64,000 nucleotides of DNA from an uncultured Nitrospiraceae bacterium (GTDB lineage Bacteria > Nitrospirota > Thermodesulfovibrionia > Thermodesulfovibrionales > Dissulfurispiraceae): assembly GCA_963727805.1 (NCBI GenBank), contig CAVSHF010000003.1, forward strand, positions 864,001 to 928,000. The letters are read 5' to 3'. This document shows positions 47,238 to 57,518 of this stretch, piece by piece (positions within the stretch are counted from its first letter, which is position 1; every line of letters starts with the position of its first letter). Both the position numbers and the translations under genes were made by a program. The notes below the pieces were generated by a model. That model searched no databases, was not told the DNA's origin, and was given only the letters and a program-made list of their open reading frames with translations.

Positions 47238-48248
47238 TCAGCTGCCAATCAAGTCGACTACCACTCGTCCAACTATTTTCCCGGTAAGCATCATTTTGAT
47301 TTTTTCCTCAAGTCCGTCAAGACTGCAATTCACAACGGCCTCTGAAAGGCGCTGCGGTTTCCAGGCATTCGCAAGTCTCCGCCAGACCTCCATCCGCAGA
47401 TCATAAGGACACTGTGCAGAGTCGATACCGATCAGGCTAACTCCACGGAGAATAAAAGGGTATACGTTTAGCGGCAGGTCGGGCGAGCCCGCCATCCCGC
47501 AGCAGGCGACCACACCACCGTACCTCATGCTCTTCAGCACAGCAGCTAGAGTAAGCCCGCCCACCACATCAATAGCGGCAGCCCAACGTTCTGATAAGAG
47601 TGCCTTTTCGGCTCCGGCTGTTAATTGTTCACGGTTGATAATAGCTGTAGCGCCGAGGCTTTTTAAATAATCAGCATGTTCCATCTTGCCAGTAGCTGCA
47701 ATTACCCTGTACCCTTCAGCCGCAAGGATGGAGACGGCAATGCTACCGACTCCGCCAGTCGCTCCTGTTACAAGGATTTCACCATCACTCGGTTTGAGCC
47801 CTGCCCTCTTGATTTTCAAAACCGAAAGGGCAGCTGTTAATCCGGCCGTGCCCAGTGCCATGCTCTCCCATAGTGTGAGTCCATCAGGAAGCCGGACAGC
47901 CCACTTGACAGGAATCTGGATATATTGCCCCCAGCCGCCAGCGGTATTCATGCCCAGGTCATTGCCAGTTACGATAACCTTTTCACCTTGTGCAAAGGTT
48001 CCGTCGCGGCAAAGGCTTACTTCGCCTGCAGCATCTATCCCCGGTGTATGTGGAAACTTTCGTGTCACTCCTGGATGCCCGCTGGCTGAAAGGGCGTCCT
48101 TGTAATTTAGTGATGAGTAATGAACCCGCACGACTAGATCACCAGAAGGCAGATCATCCAGCGTTTGTTCACGAATCTCTCGGATTACCTGATTGGTTGC
48201 GGTTTTGTTCACTATAAACGATTTAAAAGCAACCTTTTCGTTTATCAT
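47238..48248 (-). CDS. YhdH/AcuI-family NADPH-dependent acryloyl-CoA/quinone reductase
   Basis: YSSLNYKDAL, PGIDAAG, VTGATGGVGS, PFILRGVSLIGIDS; start MINEK inferred. Confidence 0.9.
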   Translation of the reverse strand: MINEKVAFKSFIVNKTATNQVIREIREQTLDDLPSGDLVVRVHYSSLNYKDALSASGHPGVTRKFPHTPGIDAAGEVSLCRDGTFAQGEKVIVTGNDLGMNTAGGWGQYIQIPVKWAVRLPDGLTLWESMALGTAGLTAALSVLKIKRAGLKPSDGEILVTGATGGVGSIAVSILAAEGYRVIAATGKMEHADYLKSLGATAIINREQLTAGAEKALLSERWAAAIDVVGGLTLAAVLKSMRYGGVVACCGMAGSPDLPLNVYPFILRGVSLIGIDSAQCPYDLRMEVWRRLANAWKPQRLSEAVVNCSLDGLEEKIKMMLTGKIVGRVVVDLIGS

Positions 48249-48765
48249 ATAAAGACCTTGAACACCGAGATTCCCAAATTCTTTATGCTTGTACAAATGA
48301 GCATACGTCGACACCTCGAGATCTCATAAGCTTTGTTAGTAACCACCTGTAGCTTATGGGATCAGACCATTGTTCACCGTTCCAACGCATCCTATATGTT
48401 ACATCATTTCAATTTTGAGATAATTAGTTATATTGCGAATAATACCTCAAGGAGATGGCTCTTAGGCCATCGTAATCAGCCCTCCGCTTATTAACTTATA
48501 GCATTAGACTGGTCTGCTCCAGATCATTTTACCACAGTCGAAGTCATACAGAGCGACTCGCTATAATCATTAAATAATCAACAGGTTACATCATGCTCGG
48601 TAAGAGCATGCTTATCCTGGATACTATATTCTCATTTTTTACATGTCCTATATATGCATTGCGATAAAAGATGGATTTGCATATTGCCTGTTGCACTAAA
48701 CATTACTTACCGAAAGCCTCTTGTGGGATCCAGCACCTTCTTCAAGATCAATCAAGAGTTGTAGC

Positions 48766-48792
48766 TAAAGTTAAGCGCAAACGTGCCGACAA
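48766..48792 (+). promoter_or_regulatory. Sigma28-type promoter upstream of hemerythrin gene
   Basis: TAAA-N15-GCCGACAA. Confidence 0.65.
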
Positions 48793-48961
48793 TATATAAA
48801 TAGGGACAGTAGGTTCCTATGGCAGGACTTTTTGAATTCTTTATCACGGAGGAGTTATGGCATTAATAGTTTGGTCAAATGATTTGAGTGTTAACATGAA
48901 GTTCCCCCGAAATGACGGACACCCCGAAAGGTTAGGTACAATATAACCTTGGAGGTGTCAA

Positions 48962-49264
48962 ATGCAGGAACGTGGTGGAAGAAGGAAGTACGACAAGCAG
49001 TTCAAGGAAGAAGCAGTCAAGCTTGTAACAGAGGGTGGCAGGACAGTAGCTGATGTAGCCCGGAGTCTTGGGATACATGAGAATCTGTTACACACATGGA
49101 AACGACAGCTCAAGGACGATCCAGCTGGCAGTTTTCCTGGCAAGGGGCATCAGAAGTCCCAGGATGAAGAGCTACGCAGACTGCAGAAAGAGAACGCCAG
49201 TCTGAAAGAGGATAAAGAAATCCTAAAAAAAGCGTTGGCCATCTTCTCAAAACACCCCAAATGA
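48962..49264 (+). CDS. IS3 transposase OrfA (HTH)
   Basis: YDKQFKEEAV, VADVARSLGI, EILKKA. Confidence 0.9.
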   Translation: MQERGGRRKYDKQFKEEAVKLVTEGGRTVADVARSLGIHENLLHTWKRQLKDDPAGSFPGKGHQKSQDEELRRLQKENASLKEDKEILKKALAIFSKHPK

Positions 49265-50124
49265 AATACTGGTTTATGGACCAGCATAGCTCCTCGCATG
49301 GGGTGCAGAAGATGTGCCGGGAAATAAGAGCATCAAGGAGCGGATATTACAGGTGGAAGAAAGAGCCTCAGAGCAAAAGGCAGAAGGAAAACGAGAAGAT
49401 ACTTTTGGGAATAAGAGAATCGCATAAGAACAGTGGCAAGGCCTATGGGAGTCCACGGATAACCGATGATCTGCGTGACAACGGGGCAAAATGTGGAGAA
49501 AACCGAGTGGCGCGCATTATGAGAGCTAATGGGATAGTCGGCAAAGCAAAGAAGAAATTCAAGGCGACGACGAACTCCAAGCATAATCTGCCGGTTGCGG
49601 AGAATCTTCTAGAGCAAAACTTTATGGCAGAGAGACCCAATACAAAATGGGTCGCGGATATAACTTATGTTTGGACAATGGAAGGCTGGTTATATCTGGC
49701 GGTGGTATTGGATCTTTATTCCCGTCAGGTTGTGGGATGGGCCATGAGTGATCGTCTAAAGTCAGGCTTTGTTATAGAAGCTTTGAGGCAGGCGGTAGGT
49801 CGTCGCGGTCCAGATCCAGGCTGTATATTTCATTCAGACAGAGGCGTTCAGTACGCTTGTGAGGATTTCAGAGCCGAATTAAAGGCATATGGTTTTATCC
49901 AGAGCATGAGCAGGAAGGGCAATTGTTATGACAATGCTGTTGCCGAGAGCTTCTTCCATACGCTAAAGACAGAGCATGTATATGATTACAGATATGAAAC
50001 ACGGGCAGAGGCACGGCAGAGTATTTTTGTATGGATCGAAATGGTCTATAATCGGAGGAGGAAGCATTCAGCACTTGGGAACCTTTCGCCGGTATCCTTT
50101 GAGCTGATGGCTTTAGCAGCCTAA
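49261..50124 (+). CDS. IS3 transposase OrfB (rve DDE)
   Basis: WVADITY, HSDRGVQY, DNAVAESFF. Confidence 0.93.
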   Translation: MKYWFMDQHSSSHGVQKMCREIRASRSGYYRWKKEPQSKRQKENEKILLGIRESHKNSGKAYGSPRITDDLRDNGAKCGENRVARIMRANGIVGKAKKKFKATTNSKHNLPVAENLLEQNFMAERPNTKWVADITYVWTMEGWLYLAVVLDLYSRQVVGWAMSDRLKSGFVIEALRQAVGRRGPDPGCIFHSDRGVQYACEDFRAELKAYGFIQSMSRKGNCYDNAVAESFFHTLKTEHVYDYRYETRAEARQSIFVWIEMVYNRRRKHSALGNLSPVSFELMALAA

Positions 50125-50375
50125 CTTAACTGGGTGTCCGAAATATCGGGGGAAGACCAACATCCATTCTATTGACGAGCAACACAGAAAACTTGTGGCA
50201 CTTGTGAATAATCTTAACGATGCTATGAGTTCTGGAAAAGGGCAGCAGATCATGGGCAAAATCCTTGATGATTTGGTTGCTTATACCAAGACACATTTTG
50301 CAACTGAAGAGCGGCTTATGACAACCCATACGTACCCCGGATACCTACTCCATAAGAAAGAGCATGACAATTTAA

Positions 50376-51855
50376 CCCAGAATCGTCATTAGCCAACAAT
50401 TTCTAATGGCCGCCATTAGGAATTGGTCTGGATAAGTTACTGAAAAAGCGATAAGATATTGCAATGCCTTTGGCACAAGCGGAAGCGAAAATGGTGTAAG
50501 GAATCTATTCATGGCACGAGAGCTTGAGCTGAGCTTTAGCGACAAAGAAATAACCCCATGGGGCGGCATGGCGTTGATGAATCGGATGCTTGGGAAAATG
50601 GACTTTCGTGGAGCATTAAAGCGGGCTGCACTGCCGATGCAAGGTTCCAATCGTGGGTATGCACCTGAGCAACTGATAGAACAGTTTCTAATAAGTGTGT
50701 GGTGCGGAGCCAACCGATTTGAGCATCTTGAAGTCACTCGGCACGATGAAGCAATACGGAAGATATTTGATTACAGACGTATGGCCGGGCATAAGTCAGT
50801 TCAAAGATATTTCAGGAAGTTTGGGCAAGCAACAAACCAGAGAGTGTTTCAGGAGCTCTATCAGTGGTTTTTCCAACGACTGCATTTTGATAATTTCACC
50901 TTGGATTTGGACTCAACGGTTATGAGTCGGTACGGGCAACAGGAAGGAGCGCGGCGTGGCTATAATCCTCAGAAGCCAGGGAGAAACTCCCATCATCCAC
51001 TGCTGGCATTTGTTGCGGATTGTCGAATGGTGGCCAACTGCTGGCTGAGATCTGGCGATGCCCATACGGCAAATAACTTTGAGGGATTTCTGCAAGACAC
51101 TCTGGAACACCTTGCCGGCAAGAAGGTTGGTCTGTTGCGTGCAGATAGCGGATTTTGCCAGAAGACTATACTGGAGTATCTTGAGGAACCGCAACATACA
51201 ATCCCCTATATTATTGCCACACGACTACATGCGCCTGTACAGCGCATGCTTGCGGCGCATCGGCAGTGGGTTGAGGTTGAAGACGGCATAGAAGTGGCTT
51301 CGGTTCTCTATACAGGCAATGGCTGGGGTAAAGAGCGCAGGATGGTCATGGTGCGACAACGGATTTCCAGAAGGCCGAAGGCAACTGGCAAAGTGCTGAG
51401 ATTGTTTGCAGAGGAAGTGGAGATCAGGGACTATCGCTATGGCTGTTTTGTTACGAGTCTAGAGCTTCCGGCACACCTTGTGTGGAAAATCTATCGGATG
51501 CGGGCAGATGCTGAGAACCGGATCAAGGAACTGAAGTATGACTTTGGTGCTGACAGTTTCAATATGCAAAGTTTCAGCGCCACTGAAACAGCAATGAACT
51601 GCGTCATGCTTGCCTATAATCTGATGAGTCTGTTTCGGCAGGTAGTCTTGTGCAGTAAGGTTCAACCAACTTTAAAGACGATGCGATACAAGGTATTTGC
51701 TGCTGGCGGCTACTTAGTCAAAGATGGTAATAGACGTATTCTTAAGCTTTGCCTGGCGATGCGGCGACGGCAATGGTTTGAAGGGCTCTGGGGCAAATCA
51801 AAGGATTTTGATCTGCCTGTTTCATTCACTTCACATCTCTAATGACAATTCTGGG
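50376..51855 (+). mobile_element. IS1380-family element, copy 2 (1480 bp)
   Basis: Same TIRs and protein as 29287-30766. Confidence 0.92.
50511..51842 (+). CDS. IS1380-family DDE transposase
   Basis: Translation identical to 29422-30753. Confidence 0.92.
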   Translation: MARELELSFSDKEITPWGGMALMNRMLGKMDFRGALKRAALPMQGSNRGYAPEQLIEQFLISVWCGANRFEHLEVTRHDEAIRKIFDYRRMAGHKSVQRYFRKFGQATNQRVFQELYQWFFQRLHFDNFTLDLDSTVMSRYGQQEGARRGYNPQKPGRNSHHPLLAFVADCRMVANCWLRSGDAHTANNFEGFLQDTLEHLAGKKVGLLRADSGFCQKTILEYLEEPQHTIPYIIATRLHAPVQRMLAAHRQWVEVEDGIEVASVLYTGNGWGKERRMVMVRQRISRRPKATGKVLRLFAEEVEIRDYRYGCFVTSLELPAHLVWKIYRMRADAENRIKELKYDFGADSFNMQSFSATETAMNCVMLAYNLMSLFRQVVLCSKVQPTLKTMRYKVFAAGGYLVKDGNRRILKLCLAMRRRQWFEGLWGKSKDFDLPVSFTSHL

Positions 51856-52273
51856 TTAAACTCGGCAGGTGGTGAGCTTGCACCAGGATTTCAAAGAGGG
51901 AAAGCCGGTTATCACCGTGGCGCTTATGAGTTTTCTCAAGGACTGGCTCGGCAAGCATATTAAAGGCACTGATCAAAAATACAGCCCCTTCCTGATCAAC
52001 AAAGGAGTATCATAGTCTAATTTCCCTGGGGAACTGCCCCAGAAATTTTGTCTGGTAAAAGCCCTGTGAGCCGCCTTTGCTAAAATAAGTGAGGGGAGGC
52101 TCATAAGGGCGTTGCATTAACATGATTGCGGAAATATTTAGATCATGGCCCAGATGCTATAGTGGCTATTAACATTAATACGTAGTGGTCTCCATTTTAT
52201 AAAGGGAGCAGCCTCTTCTCGTGCTGGCGCCGTAAATCTTTTTTAAGAATATCTCCTGATGTGAATTTCTCAA

Positions 52274-52474
52274 TCAATTCTTTTCCATGTCCGCTTCAGG
52301 CTCGAAGGCGTCTACGTCGATCACTTCCCTGATATGCTTATTCTGCGTAAGGATGCTCCTGATGATGCGCTCGACATATTTGGGATGCTCCCCTTTTGCG
52401 GCCACAGATTGACCTACCTCGACGATAAAATTACACTCGATGAGGATTGTCGATTCCTTCATCTTGTTAATCAT
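52274..52474 (-). CDS. Hypothetical protein
   Basis: 66-aa ORF directly downstream of the OmpH gene with a GAGAGGA RBS-like sequence. Confidence 0.5.
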   Translation of the reverse strand: MINKMKESTILIECNFIVEVGQSVAAKGEHPKYVERIIRSILTQNKHIREVIDVDAFEPEADMEKN

Positions 52475-52490
52475 GGCAATTCAGATCCTC

Positions 52491-53039
52491 TCATTTCTTG
52501 CCGCTTTTGTGCTGCGACTCATCATATTTCCTTATCACCTTATCGGTGATGTCAATCGCCTTGTCCGCAAAGACCACGATGGCCTCATTGTTCTCAAGAA
52601 TGAGGTTATATTTATCCTCTGCTGCCATGACCTGAATGATTTCCCTGAGGCCCACGAGAACGCTGCGGATGAGCTCGTTTTCTTTTTTCCCGATTTCACC
52701 CTGAGAATCCGCAACAGTCCGTTGGTACTCACGTGTACGGCGCTCGAGTTCATCCTGCTTGTTCTTTATTGCTACTGCGGAAATTACGTCTCCCTGTTTC
52801 TCAAGGTCGGTTTTTAATTTCTCGATATTCGTGCCCATTTCATCAAGGACTCCCTGTTTACTTTTGGCAAAAGCCTCGAGTTCTGCTTTTGCCTTCATTC
52901 CCTGCTCCGATCCTGTGACCGCTTTTTTGAGATCGACTATGCCGATCTTCATCGATATGTCAGACGCGAGTGCAGGGGATGCTGCAAAAACAAACAAGGA
53001 CAAAACCAGAATTCCCTTAAATACAATATTCTTCATCAT
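52491..53039 (-). CDS. OmpH/Skp periplasmic chaperone
   Basis: Signal peptide; KIGIVDL; coiled coil; YNLILE..DITDKVI. Confidence 0.9.
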   Translation of the reverse strand: MMKNIVFKGILVLSLFVFAASPALASDISMKIGIVDLKKAVTGSEQGMKAKAELEAFAKSKQGVLDEMGTNIEKLKTDLEKQGDVISAVAIKNKQDELERRTREYQRTVADSQGEIGKKENELIRSVLVGLREIIQVMAAEDKYNLILENNEAIVVFADKAIDITDKVIRKYDESQHKSGKK

Positions 53040-53315
53040 TTCCTCCGTTTGATTATTCTCTTGCGAAATAGCTCTTACCCAATTATTTACATTGACAAAT
53101 AATTGTGAAACCGCCGTAAAGACATTATGAATAATTGTGAACACAGCCTACTCTCCCGAAGATATCGCAGTCTTTCAACAATGTATAGCTTGGGCAGTAT
53201 TTAGCTGATTAAAACCACTGCAAGTCGTGATCATACGGTCGTCTGCATGACTTATCACTTCGCATAACTTTCATCCTTCTTGTCTGCATGTAATTTATGC
53301 CCATTGAAAACGATT

Positions 53316-53705
53316 TCATCTATTATTCTCTTCGCCCTCATGCCTTTTCTTCCGCTCTGCTACGATTTTATTGAACGTTTCAAGCTGATCCGGACGCAGT
53401 ATCGTACGCACCCTATCCTGTGATCGCTGCAGTATCTCCTCGATCTGCGGCCGATACTGTTTTCGCACGCTCCTCATCTGAGCATGCGTTTCCAGTACAA
53501 TGGTGCGCAACTGTTCCAGTTGGACCGCATCCAGATTGAGTTTCTGGTTGAGCCGCGTCACGATAATTTCGCTTGTCATACCGGATTCGCCTTTCATAAT
53601 GCTTTCGATCTTCTGCTGATCGATTCCATGCATAACAAGCGCACCCGCCATTCCCCCCAGCACAAAGATAAGGACCACGCTGACAATAACTTTCCATCCT
53701 CTCAT
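53316..53705 (-). CDS. Membrane-anchored Spy/CpxP-like periplasmic protein
   Basis: N-terminal TM; LNLDAVQ and ILRPDQ (LTxxQ-like). Confidence 0.7.
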   Translation of the reverse strand: MRGWKVIVSVVLIFVLGGMAGALVMHGIDQQKIESIMKGESGMTSEIIVTRLNQKLNLDAVQLEQLRTIVLETHAQMRSVRKQYRPQIEEILQRSQDRVRTILRPDQLETFNKIVAERKKRHEGEENNR

Positions 53706-53706
53706 C

Positions 53707-54018
53707 TCATTCTCCCGTTAAAGAAGCCACAAGCATTGTTTCTTCATTATTTATTCCCGCAATCGAACTTAGGTCCACCAACTGTTTATGTTCCGCCATG
53801 AATGTCCATATACCGAGTAGCAGAACAGCGGAGACAAAGGCCGGCATAAGGCGCCATGCCCACGAAAAGAAAGTCTTCCGCTTTTCACGCTGTGCCTTGA
53901 TCTTCGCCATTAATCGGGTTTCAAACCCATGTTCTATTTTTGTATTGTAGGGTTGGACTTTGCGCGCAGCTTCAAAAAGCCTGTCGATCCTGTCATCATC
54001 ACCATTATTTTCCATCAT
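53707..54018 (-). CDS. Putative single-TM anti-sigma factor
   Basis: Overlaps the ECF sigma stop; GFETRLMAKI followed by a TM helix. Confidence 0.7.
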   Translation of the reverse strand: MMENNGDDDRIDRLFEAARKVQPYNTKIEHGFETRLMAKIKAQREKRKTFFSWAWRLMPAFVSAVLLLGIWTFMAEHKQLVDLSSIAGINNEETMLVASLTGE

Positions 54019-54568
54019 TACCCTCCATGATTCTTTTCAGTTCCTTTCGTGCCCTGAATGCACGAACTTTAACATTGGACTCGCTCCAGCCGGTAAGCAA
54101 CGCAGTTTCCCGCACAGTTTTTTCTTCCAGGTTCAGCAGCGTTATTACCATCCTATCTTCAGGGCGCAGTTTGGTCATCGCAGACCTTAGAACAGCCCAT
54201 GCCTCTTGGCCAGACAGGTTCTCTGCAGGCGACGGATCTCCCAGAGAGAAAGCAACGCTGTCCAATGATACATCATACCGTCTGCGGCTTTGCTTGCGCA
54301 GCACATCATAACAGACATTGACGGCTATTTTTGTCAACCAGTGCTCAAAAGGGGCATCCCCGCGAAATTTATTTAGGCTTTGATAAGCCTTGATAAACGC
54401 CTCCTGGCAGATATCGTCCAACTCGTCGCTATCCCTGACAAACCGTGCAGAAAGTCTCAATACTTTTTGTTTATATCGCCGGACCAGTTCGGCGAATGCC
54501 TCTTCATCACCCGAAAGTGTAGCTTTGACGAGACGTTCATCTGTGGACACCTGTTGCGGTGTGTTCAT
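54005..54568 (-). CDS. ECF RNA polymerase sigma factor
   Basis: GDEEAFAELVRRY, DICQEAFIKAY, WLTKIAVN, NVKVRAFRAR; start MNTPQ after GGAG. Confidence 0.93.
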   Translation of the reverse strand: MNTPQQVSTDERLVKATLSGDEEAFAELVRRYKQKVLRLSARFVRDSDELDDICQEAFIKAYQSLNKFRGDAPFEHWLTKIAVNVCYDVLRKQSRRRYDVSLDSVAFSLGDPSPAENLSGQEAWAVLRSAMTKLRPEDRMVITLLNLEEKTVRETALLTGWSESNVKVRAFRARKELKRIMEGNDGK

Positions 54569-54639
54569 CTTATCTCCATGTCCTTCCCGTCCTTCGCCCC
54601 GACAAGTCGAAACAAGTGCCAGTCGCTCTTCACTCCCAC

Positions 54640-55038
54640 CCTTTACTGTTTGACCTGTGAAAGTTTCCTGGACTGCTTCTGCGTCAGTACCCTCCACATA
54701 GCCTGTATCGGGTGTGCTAGCTGTACTGCAACCTTGGCGTTCTTTGCGCCGATTGCAGATTAATCGACTGGTCCGTGATGGATCATAACCCTCAATACAT
54801 ACATCTCGGCATACTGTTCCATCGATTGAAGTGATGGCCGATATTCCTGCATGGCATCCTTCAACTACCTTCTGGTCACCCATTGCACCAAGCGTCTTAA
54901 CCATGCCGTGATTATGTATCATCACATGTTGAGGCCCATAAACTGCCTGTAATAACATATAAATTCATATGCCAAGCCTGCAATTGCCACCATCGCCGAC
55001 ACTAAAAGAACAAGTATACCACCACTGTATCTCTTCAT
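54640..55038 (-). pseudogene. Degenerate exported Spy/CpxP-like gene
   Basis: GGAGGAG RBS + MKRYSGGILVLL signal peptide with an early stop; downstream frame AKVAVQLAHPIQAMWRVLTQKQ (LTxxQ). Confidence 0.45.
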
Positions 55039-55217
55039 GTAAGCTCCTCCTTTGTCAAGAAGCAAGACGATGAAAGCGATCGTGAGGTTACAATAAGCAA
55101 GCAAGATTATTCTGTTGAAAGTAAGCGACATATCGAAAGCCGTGGACGCAATCTTTACCAAGAGGTGTTTGAATTTCATCATCAGTTCCTTCACGTTTTA
55201 GTCTCTTTTTAATTATG

Positions 55218-55245
55218 AGACGGCCGGGTCAAGCAAAAGGTTACA
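55218..55245 (-). promoter_or_regulatory. ECF-type promoter
   Basis: TGTAACC-N16-CGTCT. Confidence 0.7.
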
Positions 55246-55375
55246 ATATGCGTAAGCGATCACGACGTGATGAGGGAAAAGGAATGATTAATCAGCTGCC
55301 AATCTAATGGCTTGAAGGACAGTCAGCGTTGTGTATGAGTCCTTACTTCAACAGCAATATTTTGACGTGAATATC

Positions 55376-55414
55376 AAAAGGGGAAGGGCTTCAGGACATC
55401 CCTTCCCCTTTTTT
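55376..55414. terminator. Bidirectional Rho-independent terminator
   Basis: AAAAGGGGAAGGG...CCCTTCCCCTTTT. Confidence 0.8.
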
Positions 55415-55427
55415 GGGAGTTTGCGAG

Positions 55428-55940
55428 TCATACCTTCGAGGACAGCAACGTACCTATTATGGCATCCGAAGCTCCCGTTGAACCAGAAACAATGCTGCTA
55501 CTGTTAGTGTAATTCTGGGACGCTAAGCCTTGCGCGCCGTGATGGTGGTGATGATGATGGCCCTTTTGGATACCGGAAAGGTCAGATCCCAGTGTGTTTT
55601 CCGCGTTTTGTATTAGCTTTTGATTGCCCGACTGTATCGCGCTTTGAAGGTTTGTCAGGTCCTGATTAAGGGTCTGAAGAGTGGTTGCTTTTGTGCCAGG
55701 AGCGGGACTGGCACCCGTTGTGTTGTTGCTTGTTCCACCGGCCGAATTCAGCAGAGAGGAAATATCACTCTGGAAAGTGGCTGCAGCCTTTTGTAGTGCA
55801 TCTTGTGAGATAGTGACTTGATCCTTATTACCCGAACTCTGAGAGCCTTGAGCAGCAGTAAGGGACTGGTTAAGGTTCTGGAGATCAGTCTTCATCGTCT
55901 GCCAAAGTGTTTGGCCGGCACTGACCGGTTGAATCGACAT
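55428..55940 (-). CDS. Gln/Ser/Thr-rich hypothetical protein with His7 tract
   Basis: AAGGAGGTG RBS before ATG at 55940; sigma54 promoter upstream and terminator downstream. Confidence 0.8.
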   Translation of the reverse strand: MSIQPVSAGQTLWQTMKTDLQNLNQSLTAAQGSQSSGNKDQVTISQDALQKAAATFQSDISSLLNSAGGTSNNTTGASPAPGTKATTLQTLNQDLTNLQSAIQSGNQKLIQNAENTLGSDLSGIQKGHHHHHHHGAQGLASQNYTNSSSIVSGSTGASDAIIGTLLSSKV

Positions 55941-55978
55941 ATATTTCACCTCCTTTCGTAATAATTCTTAAACTTTCT

Positions 55979-55994
55979 TACAATTTATGTGCCA
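55979..55994 (-). promoter_or_regulatory. Sigma54-like promoter
   Basis: TGGCACATAAATTGTA (-24 perfect, -12 TTGT variant). Confidence 0.55.
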
Positions 55995-56302
55995 TCAAAT
56001 TCATAATATCCATTAACTTATAAATAATGTTATAAAACAAGCCGTTGGTGTGCTCCACTGAAACAATTCTTAGGTTAGCAACCAAGCACATTCTTCCATT
56101 TCATAAGACCACTAGGAATTTTTTTCCATCTATCGAGAAAGGATCACTGCACTGTCAGCAAGCAGCTCGGTCCTTAGAACTTTTCTAATTGTCGCCGGTT
56201 CATCAATCTTTTTCATTCCTCTCCACAATATAACGGCATCTAAAAAGTTATCTGGCAACCGCAAAGTTTTTGCCTTCAAGTGTACTGTCGACGGCAATGC
56301 GT

Positions 56303-56330
56303 TGTAACCTCTTACGGATCATTTCCGTCT
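56303..56330 (+). promoter_or_regulatory. ECF-type promoter
   Basis: TGTAACC-N16-CGTCT, same motif as 55218-55245. Confidence 0.7.
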
Positions 56331-56371
56331 TTAGTTTATATGGGGCATTTAATTTTAAAGGAGGAAGTGCA

Positions 56372-56914
56372 ATGAGAGGGATTAGACGTTTTTCGGTGTT
56401 GGCTGCAGCCGTTTCGCTCGCTATGTTGCTTGGAGGAAGCATGGGGTCCAATGTGTATGCGGAAAGTGGACATGACGGCCACCAGAAGCAGTTTATGAAT
56501 AAAGAGAAGGCCGAGCACGGCAAACAGGGGAGGCACTGCGGGCATCACAAATGGGACCTGTTTAAGGGGCTCAACCTTAACGCAGCTCAAAAAGAACAGA
56601 TCAAAGGCATCATGAAGGGACATCACAAAGAGTTCATCGAGGGTAAGATTGCCGTTCTGCAGGCAAAACAGAACCTGATGACGGCAACGACCAGCGCCAC
56701 ATTTGATCAAACGGCTGTGCAGAGGGCATTCGGCGATGTTTCAGCGGCACAGGAGAAGATGATAATTTTACGCGCAAAAGTCTTCAGTGAGGTGATGCCG
56801 ATATTAACGCCTGACCAGAAGGCTGTAGTGTCTGGCCGGCTAGCGAAGTCCAAGCTTCGCATGCAAAAGGTCATCTCAAAGCTTGAATCAAAGCTAAAAT
56901 CACCGACTGAATAA
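56372..56914 (+). CDS. Spy/CpxP-family periplasmic chaperone
   Basis: Signal peptide; His-rich linker; LNLNAAQ and ILTPDQ; AGGAGG RBS. Confidence 0.85.
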   Translation: MRGIRRFSVLAAAVSLAMLLGGSMGSNVYAESGHDGHQKQFMNKEKAEHGKQGRHCGHHKWDLFKGLNLNAAQKEQIKGIMKGHHKEFIEGKIAVLQAKQNLMTATTSATFDQTAVQRAFGDVSAAQEKMIILRAKVFSEVMPILTPDQKAVVSGRLAKSKLRMQKVISKLESKLKSPTE

Positions 56915-57062
56915 CCCACAGCCATTGAGTATGCCGGGGGAATAAGGGCATAACATAGGGGATGTCAGATGCAACCATCCCCTTGTACTCAATATTGTCT
57001 GGTAGCTTGCAAGGATCATAAAAGGCATGGAAATGAAAGGAGTTGAAGGATCATAAACGCAG

Positions 57063-57503
57063 ATGGACAAACACAAGAGCAATACTTCGCATTTTGCAGC
57101 AGCTGTTATCCTTGTTGTGGAGGATGATCCAGTGCAGAGAGATATCCTCCAGATAATCCTTGCTGATGAGGGGTACCAGACGCATGTTGCGTCATCGGCT
57201 GAGGAGGCGCTAAAGGTGGCGAAAGCGTTAAAGCCGGATGTCGTTTTGACAGATCTTCGCATGCACAAAATGAATGGTATAGAACTCATGGAAGAACTCA
57301 GATCACAAGGGGATGCGCCGGAGGTGATTATAATGTCTGCCTCTGGCACCCCCCTCATAATAGAGGAATCGGTAGGAAAGGGGGCGTTCAGTTTTATACA
57401 AAAACCTCTTGATATACCTCAAGTTTTATTGAACATAAATCGGGCCTTAGGGATAAGTGCTCGATTAAAATATCCGGATCAAAAATCTCAACGTTTATAT
57501 TGA
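57063..57503 (+). CDS. Single-domain response regulator
   Basis: ILVVEDD, LTDLRM, IIMSA, QKP. Confidence 0.9.
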   Translation: MDKHKSNTSHFAAAVILVVEDDPVQRDILQIILADEGYQTHVASSAEEALKVAKALKPDVVLTDLRMHKMNGIELMEELRSQGDAPEVIIMSASGTPLIIEESVGKGAFSFIQKPLDIPQVLLNINRALGISARLKYPDQKSQRLY

Positions 57504-57518
57504 GAACAGGAGGTCGCC

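Larger units (their letters stand above)
48897..50159 (+). mobile_element. IS3-family element
   Basis: TG...CA ends with imperfect TIRs; 3-bp duplication ACA; orfA/orfB with A7G slippery site at 49225-49232. Confidence 0.93.
48857..52015 (+). pseudogene. Bacteriohemerythrin (135 aa reconstructed), interrupted by IS3 and IS1380
   Basis: Joining 48857-48896, 50163-50375 and 51861-52015 gives MALIVWSNDLSVNIHSIDEQH...HFATEE...HKKEH...WLGKHIKGTDQKY*. Confidence 0.9.

Noticed and set aside
54569..54958. Long N-terminal extension of the ECF sigma in the ORF track
   Set aside because: RBS and domain start support ATG at 54568; the upstream DNA is better explained as a decayed Spy-like gene
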